Shown: positions 1-11,605 of the stretch, piece by piece
How positions within the stretch are numbered: the stretch's first letter is position 1
Layout of the letters: each line of letters opens with the position of its first letter
Source of the DNA: Carcharhinus amblyrhynchos
Lineage: Eukaryota
Reading direction: 5' to 3'
DNA length: 64,000 bases
Assembly: GCA_965287045.1 (NCBI GenBank)
Contig: OZ336880.1
Location: 64,294,001 to 64,358,000, forward strand
Made by a program: the position numbers and the translations under genes
The notes under the pieces: generated by a model
Told to the model about the DNA's origin: nothing
Database searches by the model: none
The model's input: only the letters and a program-made list of their open reading frames with translations

Positions 1-420
1 TTGCAACATGTCAGGCATTGACACGGAGGATCTCTGAACACTTTCACACATAATCTGAGCAAAGAAGTGGAAGTCCCCATTATTGGGGCATTTGACAGGA
101 TTTTATGTGTGAGTAGACAAAATAATGTGTGTGTCAAAAATTGCATCTTGAACCTTGGGGAATCCAACAACTCTGTAAAACAGGATAGCCCTATTTCATT
201 GCTTTCTTGTTGCCAGAGGTAGCTGGTGTTCTGTAAAGAGACTCAATGACACACTAATTAAGTGCCCATACTAATGCCTGGCTGATATTGCACAATTCAT
301 CCATGGGTGCTTGAAATGATCCTGTGCTAAAAGGTAGGAATCACTTTCATAATGACAATGGAAGCACTGTGGACCAATGAGTATGACTGCACAGCCTCCC
401 GCAGTAAGAGAGCAGATTCT
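1..420 (-). pseudogene. Decayed PIF/Harbinger (HARBI1-like, DDE_Tnp_4) transposase fragment
   Basis: Minus-strand hand translation of 121-180 gives FYRVVGFPKVQDAIFDTHII (family motif GFPxVxGAIDxTHI). Upstream are STGSFQA and ISQA (motif ATGSFQ...ISQ); downstream is a GFHS..QIMC-like segment. Frameshifted; runs off the window edge. Confidence 0.7.
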
Positions 421-637
421 TCGTATGTACAGAATATTTTCAGAATTTATTCATATGTCTTGTTCATGAGTAATATTTCATTATGTGCATCCTCTCTAAA
501 TACTGGCTCCTGGTCTTTTCCTCCACCCTGTGTCATTTCTCCTTATCAGCAACTCATAGGAAGTTCTGGAACTACTCAAGAGGAGTCCTTGGAATGACTG
601 AGGGAGAGCAGAGGAAATCTGCCCCATATTTCCTTAA

Positions 638-1446
638 TGTAGTGTGATGTTAATGTATCTTTAAGGAAGTTTTTTTTTAAAGCATGATCTCTGAAGCTCT
701 CACAGCTTCAGTGTTTCTCATTGCTGCTGAGCTGTCTACCAGATGTCCTTTTATAGCTCCTTAAGCTGCTTAAACAGAGATTTGTTAATTTTTACTGTGG
801 GATCTTTTATTGCTCTGAATTGTTAGGAGAAAAACTGGTTGGCAGGTTAGGTGACAGGAGCTATTTGATTTTCAATTTGAGCTGCTGTTTAGTTTGATTT
901 TAGAAGGGACACTAATCTGAAAGAAGTCTCCTTCTCTCTCCCTGGTTTTAGAAATTCTGCAGGTTTCCTGAAAACAAAGTCTTGCCTTTCTGAAGAGGAG
1001 AATCTGCTGTTGGTGGTTTGACTAGGGTTTTTCCCTGGGGTTCTGAGAAGCTGTTCTGACTTCAAACTGTTCTGAGTCTACCAAGAGAACTATAGAATTC
1101 ATCCAAAGGACTCAAGTCCAATATTATGTGAGCATTATGTTAAACATGTGAAAAGGGCTTTTTGTCCATGGGATTGGCTTGGTTAGAATACATTAGATAT
1201 ATTTGTTAAAGATTATAGTGGTTGTTTTGTTTCTTGTTTGTAATTGTTAAAAGTTCTCGCTAATTTTCTTACTTTACGTGTTAAATATATTCCTCAATAA
1301 ACTTTGTTTGCTAAAAGCTCCCTAGTGGGCCATTTGAATTATACCCAAAGTGAAACATATCATGCTCATCCTCGCCATACTCAAGATGCAAAACTTAAGA
1401 TCCAGGTGGAAATAACGCTTTGGAGTTTCTGACCAGAACCGTAACA
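638..1446 (+). mobile_element. Solo LTR (probably Gypsy-type)
   Basis: TG...CA bounded ~800 bp with AATAAA at ~1296. The 3' part (aataaactttgtttg...gtgaaaca..atgct...aaaactta...ctttgga.tttct) aligns with 48358-48501. No clean TSD seen. Confidence 0.55.
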
Positions 1447-2389
1447 GAAGCAGGTAAAAGACACAGTATGTGCTCTTGATAAAAAAAAACCCTAATGTAC
1501 TGACTGAGTTTCCTCTCCTGCAATCTCATGTTGCATTCGTCCCAATTCTTCTCCACCTAATTTGACATTAATTCCATAACTGCTATTCTTTTCCTGGGCT
1601 CCTAATCTTTTAGTATAATCATCTTCATAATTGATACTGTACTTATCACATTCCATGGAATAGATCTATTGAACACATAGAAAGTATTTGTCAAACTTAA
1701 TCACACATATTAAATAGCAGGATTTGTAGTAGATTATTGAACTGCAGAAATTATGTTGTTGAATCTATTTCCTCCTTTCTTTAAAATCCACTTCTAGTCT
1801 GCATTCGGAGGAACAAAGACTATGGATTACAGAAATTGAATTATTAATTAAAAACATTTTTTTTTCAAAGTAGGAAGTGTTAAACCAATAATTCAAAATA
1901 CCACTGAGAGCATCAGAGGAAGAATCTCAATGGAAAAGCAGAAAGAAAACATTTGGACAAAGATTGATGGCTCTCCTTCAAAAAAAACCCATCATGTTTC
2001 ATCTTCAATCAACCTTGAACTGCCTTTAACAGCAAAGAACAAAATCAATATCTTTGTTGAAAGGGCCTACTAAATATGCACAATGCTTTAACAAACAAAT
2101 GTTGGTCCAAACTGGAACATTTTATTACATTGAGTGCAATGCAGATTTTCCAAGGTGAGAAGGCACAAGTGACACATGCTTTAACTGTAAGAGTCAGCAT
2201 ACAGTATGTGAACAGGAATTGTGAGGTTGGATTCTTCCACTGATGGGTTTGAAGGCAGAAGTGGGCATGTTAAAGCCTGTTTGCCCCTGCCCTCAACACA
2301 ATTATATCAGTGCAGGGGTGGTATCATAAGGCTTACCCACCAGTGTAATAAGGCTTACCCATAAGGCTTACTCATAAGGCTTACCCACC

Positions 2390-2487
2390 ACTGAGCCACG
2401 ACAGATCAGCCATGATCTTATTGAATGGCGGGGCAGGCTCGAAGGGCTAGATGGCCTACTCCTGCTCCTATTTCTTATGTTCTTATG
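2390..2487 (+). mobile_element. Young CR1 3' end fragment (TTCTTATG-tail subfamily)
   Basis: Matches the reverse complement of the 3' ends at 58323-58425 and 60563-60665; TSD tgtaataa at 2344-2351 and 2486-2493. Confidence 0.9.
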
Positions 2488-2561
2488 TAATAATAGAGAC
2501 CCATAATTGGGCAATTTAATGGCAGCAGAAGAGACGCACACCCACAAGGTAGCCTGGCAAG

Positions 2562-2725
2562 TTTAAAGTTAAGGTTTATTTATTAGTGTCACAAGTAGGC
2601 TTACAATAACAATGAAGTTACTATGAAAATCTCTTAGTCGCCACACTTTTAACATTTGTTTGGTTACTCTGAGGGAGAATTTAGCATGGCCAATGCAGCT
2701 AACTTCTACATCTTTGAACTGAAAC
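2562..2725 (-). mobile_element. tRNA-derived SINE, tail-B type, 3' part
   Basis: tttattagtgtcacaagtaggcttac...gagggagaatttagcatggccaatgca shared with copies at 20694, 23002, 27757, 57916. Confidence 0.8.
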
Positions 2726-3389
2726 CAGGGTAGAAGATGGTCCCTCCTTATTAAGCCCATCATAAGGATATCCAAAGTGTAACCAACCCCCTCCCCACTA
2801 CTCTGCCCAGGTTACCCTGCCCCATGGCTGACATTTTAACTGCAGAAGGCAGGGACCTTGGCACCCCATGTAATTCAGACCATGGTTACTATCTCTGCCA
2901 TTATTTTGAATAAATATTGAATTTTGAATAAAACTCATAAAATAATCTGGAGAATTGTGCTTTCAAATGCTCTACAATAAACATTTCACGTTTGGTCAGA
3001 CTTTGATATTTTTCTACTTTAATTAGCTAAGAGGCAGAAAACTTGAATTTATTACATATATTTAACAGTTTTCCTGAATAATTCAAAATTTGGTTAAAAA
3101 AATTGAAAAACAGGATAATTTTCAAAGCACAATATACCCACATTGTAATCTGTTGCTCTGGGAGACTGCCAAAACCATCTTATAGCAAAGTACTTAATAC
3201 TCAGATACTGATTGATCTGCAATATCAGAAGTCTCTGTTAAACTTAAAGGATTGGATTTTCCTTATCATTTCATTTCCTGCCAGAAGTGTATTAGAATTA
3301 CTCTTAATGCTAATAATATACCATTCAAATCTATCAAATTTTCCTCAATGCACCTCAGATGATGATAGATTTACAGTTATTAACAATAT

Positions 3390-3510
3390 TAAGTGTGGGA
3401 AAATGGTATTGTGGTAGAGGATCAGCTATGATCCAGTTAAATGATGGGACAGATTCAAGGGATCAAATGGCCTACTTCAGCTCCTATTTGCTATGTTTTC
3501 TTGTTCCTTT
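3390..3510 (+). mobile_element. Old CR1 3' UTR fragment
   Basis: gatcagctatgatc...aatggcctact..gctcctattt..tatgtt resembles the CR1 3' end at 2390-2487. Confidence 0.65.
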
Positions 3511-3711
3511 GTTATATACTCATGGTGGACTCTTGGCATTATTACCTGATGTGGGCAGTCCACTTCGATGTGTGAGAAGGAAAAGTCAGTAGCTATCTAG
3601 TGCCTGTGACCAATGGTTCAATCCAATAGTTATACTGTTAGTACACCAAAGATTTACATTTAACTCTTCAATTAGGAGTTACTGTCTGCAATCCAACAAA
3701 AAAAATCCTAG

Positions 3712-3997
3712 TGAAAGCATTGTTACTTCTTAGCGTCAGGGACCCGGGTTCAATAACGGCCTTCGGTCACTGACTGTGTGGAGTTTGCATGTTCTCCCCG
3801 TGTCTGCATGGGTTTCCTCCGGTTTCTTCCCACAGTCCATAGATGTGTAGGTTAGGTGGATTGGCCATGCTAAGTTGTCTCTTAATGTGAAGGGGATTAT
3901 CAGGGTAAATAAATGGGTTTACAGGGATAGGGCCTGGGAGAGATTGTTGTAGGTGCAGGCTTGATGGCCTCCTTCTGCACTATAGAGATTCTATGAG
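3712..3997 (+). mobile_element. HE1-like tRNA-derived SINE (CR1-type tail A)
   Basis: B-box-like gggttcaat, body ctgtgtggagtttgcatgttctcccc, tail ggcctccttctgcact..agattctatga. Confidence 0.85.
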
Positions 3998-4159
3998 ATT
4001 AAATGGCATCATCCTAGCCTATTAAATAGGTGGCATTGCCATTCATCTCATTCGTCACAAGGAATGTCTTTTGAGACCTCCTTTTGCTTAAAGGAGTAAT
4101 GGCCCACAAGCAAAGACACTAGGCACCACATCATTGCCCCAGGAGATATGCAGTCAACT

Positions 4160-6205
4160 CACTCAGAAACTCCAATCACCGGAGAAGGAGGAGGCTATAA
4201 TTAAATGGGATACACAAGACAAGATATCGAGGGAAACTGGAACAATCTTAAACAGGAAGAGGGTTGTCAGGTTTGTGCAGTGAAATAATTTTTAATCATT
4301 GGTAAGTTATTGCTAGAGTTATTTGGTGGAAAGTTTGGGTATATTTCCTTAAAAGAGAAAACTCGGGCAAACAAATCCAGAGCTCCCTGGATGAAAAAGC
4401 CAATAGAATGTAAGATAAGGAAGAAAATATGCCCTTATGACAGAAAATACAGCTGTGAACCAAGAAGGATACAGGAGGTTCAGCAGGGAGGTAAAAAAGC
4501 ACAGTAGAGAATCGAAGAAGGATTATGACTGGCCGCCAACATTAAGAAGAATTGTAAAGTCTTCTACAGGCATATAAGTAGTTAAAGGCAGAGTAAGGCT
4601 GATTAGGGATCTGGAAGATAATTTACACAAGGAGGTGGTCATGGCTAAGGTAATAAATGAATGCTTTGCATCTGTCTTTACTAAGGAAGTAGATATTACC
4701 TACAACATGGTAGCAGAAGAGGAAATTCTGTTCCAAGAGGGATTCAAAATTGATAAGGAAGAAGTATTGATGAGACAGTTGGTACTGAAAGTTGACAAAT
4801 CACTCGGACCAGATGAAATGCGTCAAAGGATATTGAAGGAAATGAGAATGGAAATTACAGGGGAGCTGGCCAGAATCTTTCACTCTTTTCTACACTGAGG
4901 TGAGGAGCTAGAAGATTGGAGAATTGTAAATGTTGTACCCTTGTTCAAAAAGATTGTGAGGATAGCTCTAGCAATCACAGGACTGTCCGTTTAATATCAG
5001 TGGTGAGCAATAGATTTGTGAGAAAAGTTATTGCTCGTGGAACAAAAGGGACAATAGCAACATGGATACAAAATTGGCTGAATAATAGGAAGAGGAGAGT
5101 AATGGTCAATAAATATCTTTTTGGGTTGGAGGAAGATATGTAGTGATGTTTCCCAGGCATCAGTATTGGAACCCTTGTTTTTCTTGATTTATAGTAATCT
5201 TGTAGACTGCAATGTGCAGGAAACAATTTTCAAGTTTGTGGATGATACAAAACTTGGAAGTATGTAAACCGTGAAGAGGACAGTGTAGAACTTCAAAAGG
5301 ACATTGGCAAGTTGGTGGAACAGACAGGTAGTTGCAGATGAAGTTCAAGTGTGATGCATTTTGGTAGGGTGAAATTGGAGAAACTGTACAACATAAAGGG
5401 TAAAATTCTTAGGAGGGTGCAGGAGTGGAGGGACCTGGGTGTATATGTGCATAGATCATTGATGGTGGCAGGACAGTGAGAGAGCAGTTAAAAAACATAT
5501 AATATTCTATGCTTTATTAATAGGGGCACAGAGTACAAGAGAAAGGAGGTTTTGCTGAACTTATACAAGATAATAATTAGACCTCAGCTGGAATATTGTG
5601 TGTAGTTCTGGTGCCACACTTTAGGAAGGATGTGAATGCATTGCAGAGAATGCAAAAAAATTTACAAGAATGGTTCCAGGGATGAGAAACTTTAGTTATT
5701 AAAATAGAATAGAGAGGTTAGAGCCATTTTCCTTGGAGAAAAGAAGGCTGAAAAGAAATTTGAGATATTCAAAATCATGAGGGACAGGACAGAGTAGTTA
5801 AAGATAAACTGTTCCCTTTCATAAAAGGATCAAGAACAAAAGAGCACAGGTTTAAAGTGGTTTAATGTGAAAAGAAAAGCATTTTCACAGAGTGAATGGT
5901 TCGGATCTGGAATGCAGTGCCTGGAAAGATGATGTGGAGATACTGAAGTTGGATTGGAGTAGGCACAGTAAGAAGTTTCACAACACCAGGTTACAGTCCA
6001 ACAGGTTTATTTGGAAATGTGGTGGAGGCAAGTTCAGCTGAAGCATTCAAGAGGGCATTAGATGATTATTTGAATAGAAACAATATACAGGGTTATGGGG
6101 AAAGGATAAGGGGATGACAAACTATGATCCTCATTTGGAAAGTTGGTGCAAACATGATGGACCAAATAGCCTCTTTCTGCACTGTGATGATTCTATGATT
6201 CTGTG
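4160..6205 (+). mobile_element. Old degenerate CR1 LINE (ORF2 from end of endonuclease through RT to 3' UTR)
   Basis: ORF fragments NECFASVFTKE, VDKSLGPDEM, ATWIQNWLNNRKRRVMVN, KFVDDTKL; tail ctgcactgtgatgattctatgattc; many stops and frameshifts. Confidence 0.9.
5930..6017 (-). mobile_element. Penelope-like element 3' end fragment inserted in old CR1
   Basis: Reverse complement matches aaataaacctgttggact..aacctggtgttgtgaaacttcttactgtg...ctccacatca, shared with 11525-11606 and 42150-42197. Confidence 0.75.
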
Positions 6206-6816
6206 AAAAGGTTGCATGAAGGAATGCCAACCTCCAAATAGGGGCGTTGTCAATTGTGGAGAAAGATCATCACATGCTGAGATGTAATTGCCAAGAAGGA
6301 ACCATGATGACAGGATTCATTTCATTGTGGCATTGAAAGCTAGCTGGCTAAAAGCTTCCAATTATAGCCATGCTATGATTAATAAACAGTTGCTGTTTCA
6401 CAGGAAGAGCACAGCCATTGCCAAGTGTCACTGTGAAGAAGTCTGGTTTCACCCACAATCAGGAGATGTTAGTCCAGGTTTCTAGGCCCAAAGGTTATCT
6501 ATTTCCCTTGTTTTTCTTGGTATCCCTACAATTGGCTTCTTCATTCTCTTCCATGTGTAGTACTCTCTGCACTGTCATAGCAATCAACCATTTTGACATC
6601 TGTGAATGCACCTTCATCACAAAGTAGAGATAATAAAAACGAATCCATAAAAGGTTATGGCCTGGATTTTGTGGTTGTAATGACAGCAAACTGGCAGTGT
6701 TCACTTTTATCATCCTGTGAAACTAACAGCGATTTCTGGTACCTGTACATGCACAGTTAAACTTGGAAATCCACTAGTTGCTGTCAATAATAGCCTGCCC
6801 CTCCACAGGGTGCTTT

Positions 6817-6960
6817 GAACAAACAAAGAACAAAGAACAGTGCAGCACTCCAACAGGCCCTTTAGCTCACCAAGTCTGTGCCGATCACGTTGTCTCACCT
6901 GGACCACCCACCTGTATCCCACTTATACCCCGCCTGTTCATGTGCCTATCCAAATAAGTC
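6817..6960 (-). mobile_element. CR1 3' end fragment, (TTCTTTG)n tail
   Basis: aacaaagaacaaagaacagt.cagcac...aacaggccctt is the reverse complement of a CR1 3' terminus. Confidence 0.75.
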
Positions 6961-7435
6961 TGCTGAAGTCCCCACTAACAACAGTCCTAAGGAATCACTA
7001 AACTGTTGAGAATATCCCCGTTATGCTTTAATATTGCTGTTTAAACACCTCTAAATTGAATATATATGGTGTTAATGAGCAACAAGAGCTGAACAACCTC
7101 TGTGGCTGTGAAAAATTAATTTTATATTTGTGGGATATCAACATTTCCCATAATGATTAAAATTTCATTCTTCAATATTGCTCTACAGATCTTGTTTTGT
7201 TTGTTTATGATACTTCTAGTGTGCACGTCCCAATTTTTATACAATATGTCAGTAGAATAAATAGTAACAGATGAAGCACAATCAGTACATTTTCCTTTTT
7301 GGTTTGTTGTCTGAGAATTTGGCAATGTGTTTGTTTGCTTATCCTGCTTGATCACATCACTATTGCTCAATGCTTGGAAATTCCTTTGACTTGGTGCCAG
7401 GCTCTAAGGTCAGCAAAGGTGAAATCTGAATCACT

Positions 7436-8150
7436 GACAGTTCATATTCTTGAGGGATTGAAAATAGATAAGTCCCCTGGTCCGGATGGGATTTACCCTA
7501 GGATTCTCTGGGAGGCAAGAGAAGTGATTGCAGAGCCTCTGGCTCTGATCTTCAGGTCGTCGTTGGCCTCTGGTATAGTACCGGAAGATTGGAGGTTAGC
7601 GAATGTTGTCCCATTGTTTAAGAAGGGGAACAGAGACTTCCCCGGGAATTATAGACCGGTGAGTCTCACTTCTGTTGTGGGCAAGGTTTTAGAAAAAATT
7701 ATTAGGGATAGGATTTATAGTTATTTGGAGAGTAATGAATTGATTGGAGATAGTCAGCATGGTTTTGTAGCGGGTAGGTCGTGCCTTACTAACCTTATTG
7801 AGCTTTTTGAGAAAGTGACCAAAGAGGTGGATGGGGGTAAGGCAGTTGACGTGGTATATATGGATTTTAGTAAGGCGTTTGATAAGGTTCACCATGGTAG
7901 GCTTCTGCAGAAAATGCAGATGCATGGGATTGAGGGTAATCTAGGAAATTGGATCATGAATTGGCTAGCAGATAGGAGACAGAGGGTGGTGGTTGATGGT
8001 AAATATTCGTCATGGAGTTCGGTTACGAGTGGATAGGTTTATGGACGAAAAGGGATTGGTTTAGGTTAGTGGGTCATTGTTTTTTAACTGGTCGGCGCAA
8101 CATCGTGGGCCGAAGGGCCTGTTCTGCGCTGTAATGTTCTATGTTCTATG
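7436..8150 (+). mobile_element. Young CR1 fragment with internal deletion (partial RT joined to 3' end)
   Basis: ORF 7299-8036 carries KSPGPDGIYPRIL, NYRPVSLTS, DFSKAFDKV, ending at SVTSG, then jumps to DRFMDEKG and the 3' UTR with tail tgttctatgttctatg. The first ~47 aa of the ORF are unrelated flank. Confidence 0.9.
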
Positions 8151-8262
8151 AGCTTTCAGAGCGCTGCTCCTGCATCAGATGAGTGGACTTTAACCCAGTG
8201 TTGTGAGACTTCTTACTATGCCCAGTCCAGACCAATATTGGCATTTCCACATCATGGCTACC
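8151..8262. mobile_element. Penelope-like pseudo-LTR (inverted 5' piece + forward 3' piece) with degenerate hammerhead
   Basis: Minus strand 8184-8151 reads tcat CTGATGC aggagcagcgctct GAAA gct; then forward ggactttaacc..gtgttgtgagacttcttact...ccacatcatg. Confidence 0.75.
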
Positions 8263-8789
8263 ATCAATGCTATAATTCAGATGAGGGACAATTGAAATTA
8301 TCAGGAAGATTCTGCCGATAAAGGCAGGCAGGAATGGAGTGAAAGGCAGGGAATTCCTATGTTAGGAGATTCCATTGCTACACCTTAATCAGTACCCACC
8401 TTCTGTGTGGTGAGAGAACTGCCAAGTATGTGTTGGCACATACATCTGTGCAAGGAATCCTGACAGGCAAGACTGTAGATCTTCTAACACTCAAGAGTGT
8501 TTTCAAATGTAGCCGGATTGGCCTAACCAACTTCACCGAGCAATCTCCCAACATGGATGAACAATTCCAAAAACGTACGGCCATCAGAGATGCCCTCATT
8601 TACATGCTTCTAGGGCTTTCTGTGAAGCATCTAATTCCAGGGCAGTTGTCTCCTCAGGGTTATAAAATTGCAAAATAGTGGGAACAAGGGGTCAAATTTG
8701 GGAAAGCAAGGAAAATCAAAGATTAGAGACAAAGCAAGAGAGAAAGGTATTAATATGGGAAATGATAAGCAGACCAGGACAGGAAGGGA

Positions 8790-9753
8790 TCACAGAATCC
8801 CTATAGTGCAGAAGGAGGCTATTCAGCCCATTGAGCCTGCACTGACAATAATCACACCCAGGCCCTATCCCATATATTTACCCTGCCAATCTCATTAACA
8901 CAAAGGGTCAATTTAGCATGGCATGGGGTATGGAATGCTCTGCCAAGTAAGGTGGTGGAGGCAAACACGCTAGAGTCATTTAAGAGTAACTTAGGCAGGC
9001 ACATGACTGGGTTGGAGATGGGTGGATATAGGAGATTGTTTTAAATAAGGGTCGTTAGCATTGGGGCGTCCCTGGTAAGGTAAATAGATATGGTACAATA
9101 ATAATGCTTTTTTTCCCTTTTCATTCACAGGCTATAAGTCGGTCCGCCTCATGTCCAACAAGGGCCATACACGCGATGGGTCGTACGGGGGCTCCTCTTG
9201 GTTGTTCGAGATTGGCCTAGTGCTTCATGTCGTTAGTGTGTGCCTAAATTGGACCAGATACTGGGCAAGACGACAGCTTAGTGACTATCACTGATTGCTG
9301 TGCAGACACATGGATTTGGGCCGGTGTCTGTGGGAGTTTGTGCATTCTCCCCGTGCTTGCGTGGGTTTTCTCTGGGTGCTCCGGTTTCCTCCCACACCCC
9401 AAAGATGTGCTGTTAGGCTGATTGACAGGAATAAATTGACCCTAAATCAATTTCCCTCAATCTGGATGGCCATAAAACATTAGACAGGGGTCATGGGTGG
9501 AAAGGGGGACTGGTGGTGTTGAGATGGCGGCGCGGGCTTGTTGGGCCAAAGGGCCTGTTTCCCGGGCTGATTTTGTTCTTTGTTCTTTGTATGGCGAATC
9601 AACCTAGCCTGCACATTTTTGGACTTGGGAGGAAACCGGAGGAAACCCACGCAGACACAAGGAGAATATGCAAACTCCATACAGACAGTGATGCAAGGCC
9701 GGAATTGAACCTGAGGCCCTGGTGCTGTAAGTGCTAACCACTGTGTCGCCCAC
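8790..9753 (-). mobile_element. HE1-like SINE in two halves (8790-8921 and 9591-9753)
   Basis: Halves rejoin as caatttagcatggc|gaatcaacctagcc...; atggc is duplicated on both sides of the intervening insert. Confidence 0.8.
8922..9590 (+). mobile_element. CR1 3' end with long 3' UTR containing SINE-like body
   Basis: GVWNALPSKVVEA...FKS..GRHM ORF2 C-terminus; SINE-like segment 9320-9445; terminal gggccaaagggcctgtt...ttgttctttgttctttgt. Confidence 0.75.
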
Positions 9754-10889
9754 AAGATAAAGAGGACAAACCCAAGAGTAAATCAGCAGATAAATCTAGA
9801 GATTACAAAAAATGAGAGAAAACTAAATGCTCTGTAAGTAGCATTTGGAATAAAGCAGATGAATTGACAGCAATTTCAAAAGTTGCTAAGTGTTCTCAGG
9901 TCCTCCTTTGTATAAACATAGAAGTTGGGAACGATGAGATGCGTTCAACCATGAAGGGAAAGATTAACACACAAAGCTGACGGCATGTTGTCTGAAAACC
10001 ATTAGTCTGTCAACCAAAGGTGAGTTAAAGGACGGGACTGAAATTGAATGGAAACAAATGCTTTCAAAGGGTGAACTTCCTATGAAGGCCATTGAAATAA
10101 TTGCTGCGTTAAAAGGTTGGGGCTGAGTAAGCAGCTGTCGAGAAGGGAATTTTTCCACCCTAGTGAAAGTGACTAACTTCTGTCAGAGGATTTGAAAGGG
10201 GTCTTTTCACACCTGCAGGTTCAAGAGAGAAAGAGGAAATTCCTTCTACAGAATGGGGTGCTGCTGGGATTTGACAGCCTGCCAAGTGTTCAGGGGGCAT
10301 GGAGATTAACAGGACCAGCCCACAGTCCAGAGTGAAGCTTTTGATCAATGAGATGCCTGAACTCTCCCAGCTAAGAGTGATGTTCAGGTTTCCCAAGACT
10401 AGAAGGATAGTCTAGCCAAAAGACGCCCATCCCAGAGAAGTAGTGCTGAGGTAAACCCCTAGTATCCACGCTGTGCCCACCCAACCCTCCAGGACCCTTG
10501 GGGACCCCCCTGCCCTCTGCATCTGGTATCATTAGAAGGGGCACATGGGCAGCTGCACTTACCTTGATACCTCTCAGGATCCACTGCGCCAGATCCACGA
10601 TACTCATCGTGCACCAAAGCCCACGTGGTGTTAATCTGGGAGGCTTGTGAATGGGGGAAGGCTTTGAATCGGGCTTTGAGCCCAGTAGTGATATTACAAT
10701 GAGTGGTTTTCCACAATCAAAAACTTCATGCCTGGTCTGGGCAGAAATCTGATCATGACTGTTGGGCCAGGCCGAGTGAATGACAATGTGTTTGACGCCC
10801 ATCAGGAATCCCATTTTAGCTGTGATACCCCATTTAGTGGGATGTCAGGATTCCCACTAATGGTGATCACATTCGGTCAATTCCATCCC

Positions 10890-11283
10890 ATAAGATACTG
10901 AGAGTCTTGATAGAGGTGATACAGAAAATAGGAAGGGATGTTCCTTTTTGTGGCAGAATCTAGAACAAAGGGTCACTGTTTCAAAGTACAGCACTGCCCA
11001 TTTAAGAAAAAGAGAACAAGATTTTTTTTTCCCTGGAGGGTAATTAGTCTTTGGAACTTTCTTCCTCAAAGGGCAGGAGAAGCAGAATCTTTGAATGTTC
11101 TGAAGGCAAAATTTTATAGATCCTTGATAAGCAAGAAGGTGAAAGGTTATCAGGGAAAGGTAAGAATATGGAGTCAAGGTTACAACCAGATCAGTCTTGA
11201 CCTTAATGAATGGCACAGCAGGCTCAAGGGATTGAGTGGCCTTCTCCTGCTGCTAATTCTTGTATTTGTATTTTTGTATGTTC
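10890..11283 (+). mobile_element. Old CR1 3' fragment
   Basis: ORF 10938+: ESRTKGHCFK...RVISLWNFLP...SLNVLK; 3' UTR gatcagtcttgacctta.tgaatggc. Confidence 0.85.
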
Positions 11284-11458
11284 ATTCATCTGCTCACATT
11301 GATGTCGCATTTCAGACGCTGAACACTAACCCTTCATCCGTACCACTTACATCTGCACTTACTAAGTGCAGATTATGGTCATGTTCTTACGTTGCTCTTC
11401 CACATCAATTATGTCATCTGTGATACAGGTGTGTACCAGTGCAGTGCATATAATGAGG

Positions 11459-11605
11459 TAGTAAACTCACAAGCTTTCAAGGTTCCCCTCTTCGTCAGGT
11501 GATTCAGCTTGTGCGTTTACTGTCAAATAAATCGATTGGACTTAAATCTGGTGTTGTCAGACTTCTTATTGTGTTTACCCCAGTCTAACGCCGGCATCTC
11601 CACAT
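11459..11605. mobile_element. Short Penelope-like insertion with inverted 5' arm and 12-bp TSD
   Basis: catataatgagg at 11447-11458 and 11606-11617; removing the insert restores the Gypsy RT frame; arms agtaaactcacaagct / agcttgtgcgtttact are inverted. Confidence 0.85.
11466..11502 (-). ncRNA. Minimal type-I hammerhead ribozyme motif (Penelope-associated)
   Basis: Minus strand: UCAC CUGACGA AGAGG-GGAA-CCUU GAAA GC UU GUGA. Core CUGANGA/GAAA/UH intact, stem I UCAC/GUGA, palindromic AAGCUU in place of stem III. Confidence 0.75.

Larger units (their letters stand above)
8680..9880 (+). mobile_element. Old CR1 ORF1/ORF2-junction fragment, split by a SINE that is itself split by a CR1 3' end
   Basis: A-rich linker 8680-8789 resumes at 9755; SIWNKADELTA-like endonuclease start at ~9838-9873. 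Confidence 0.55.

Noticed and set aside
2325-2390. CRISPR-like or satellite array
   Set aside because: Eukaryotic context, 13-bp units without unique spacers; explained as a junction insertion.
7299-7435. Signal-peptide-like N-terminus fused to the RT ORF
   Set aside because: Starts at a non-ATG codon in unrelated flank; chance read-through into the insertion.
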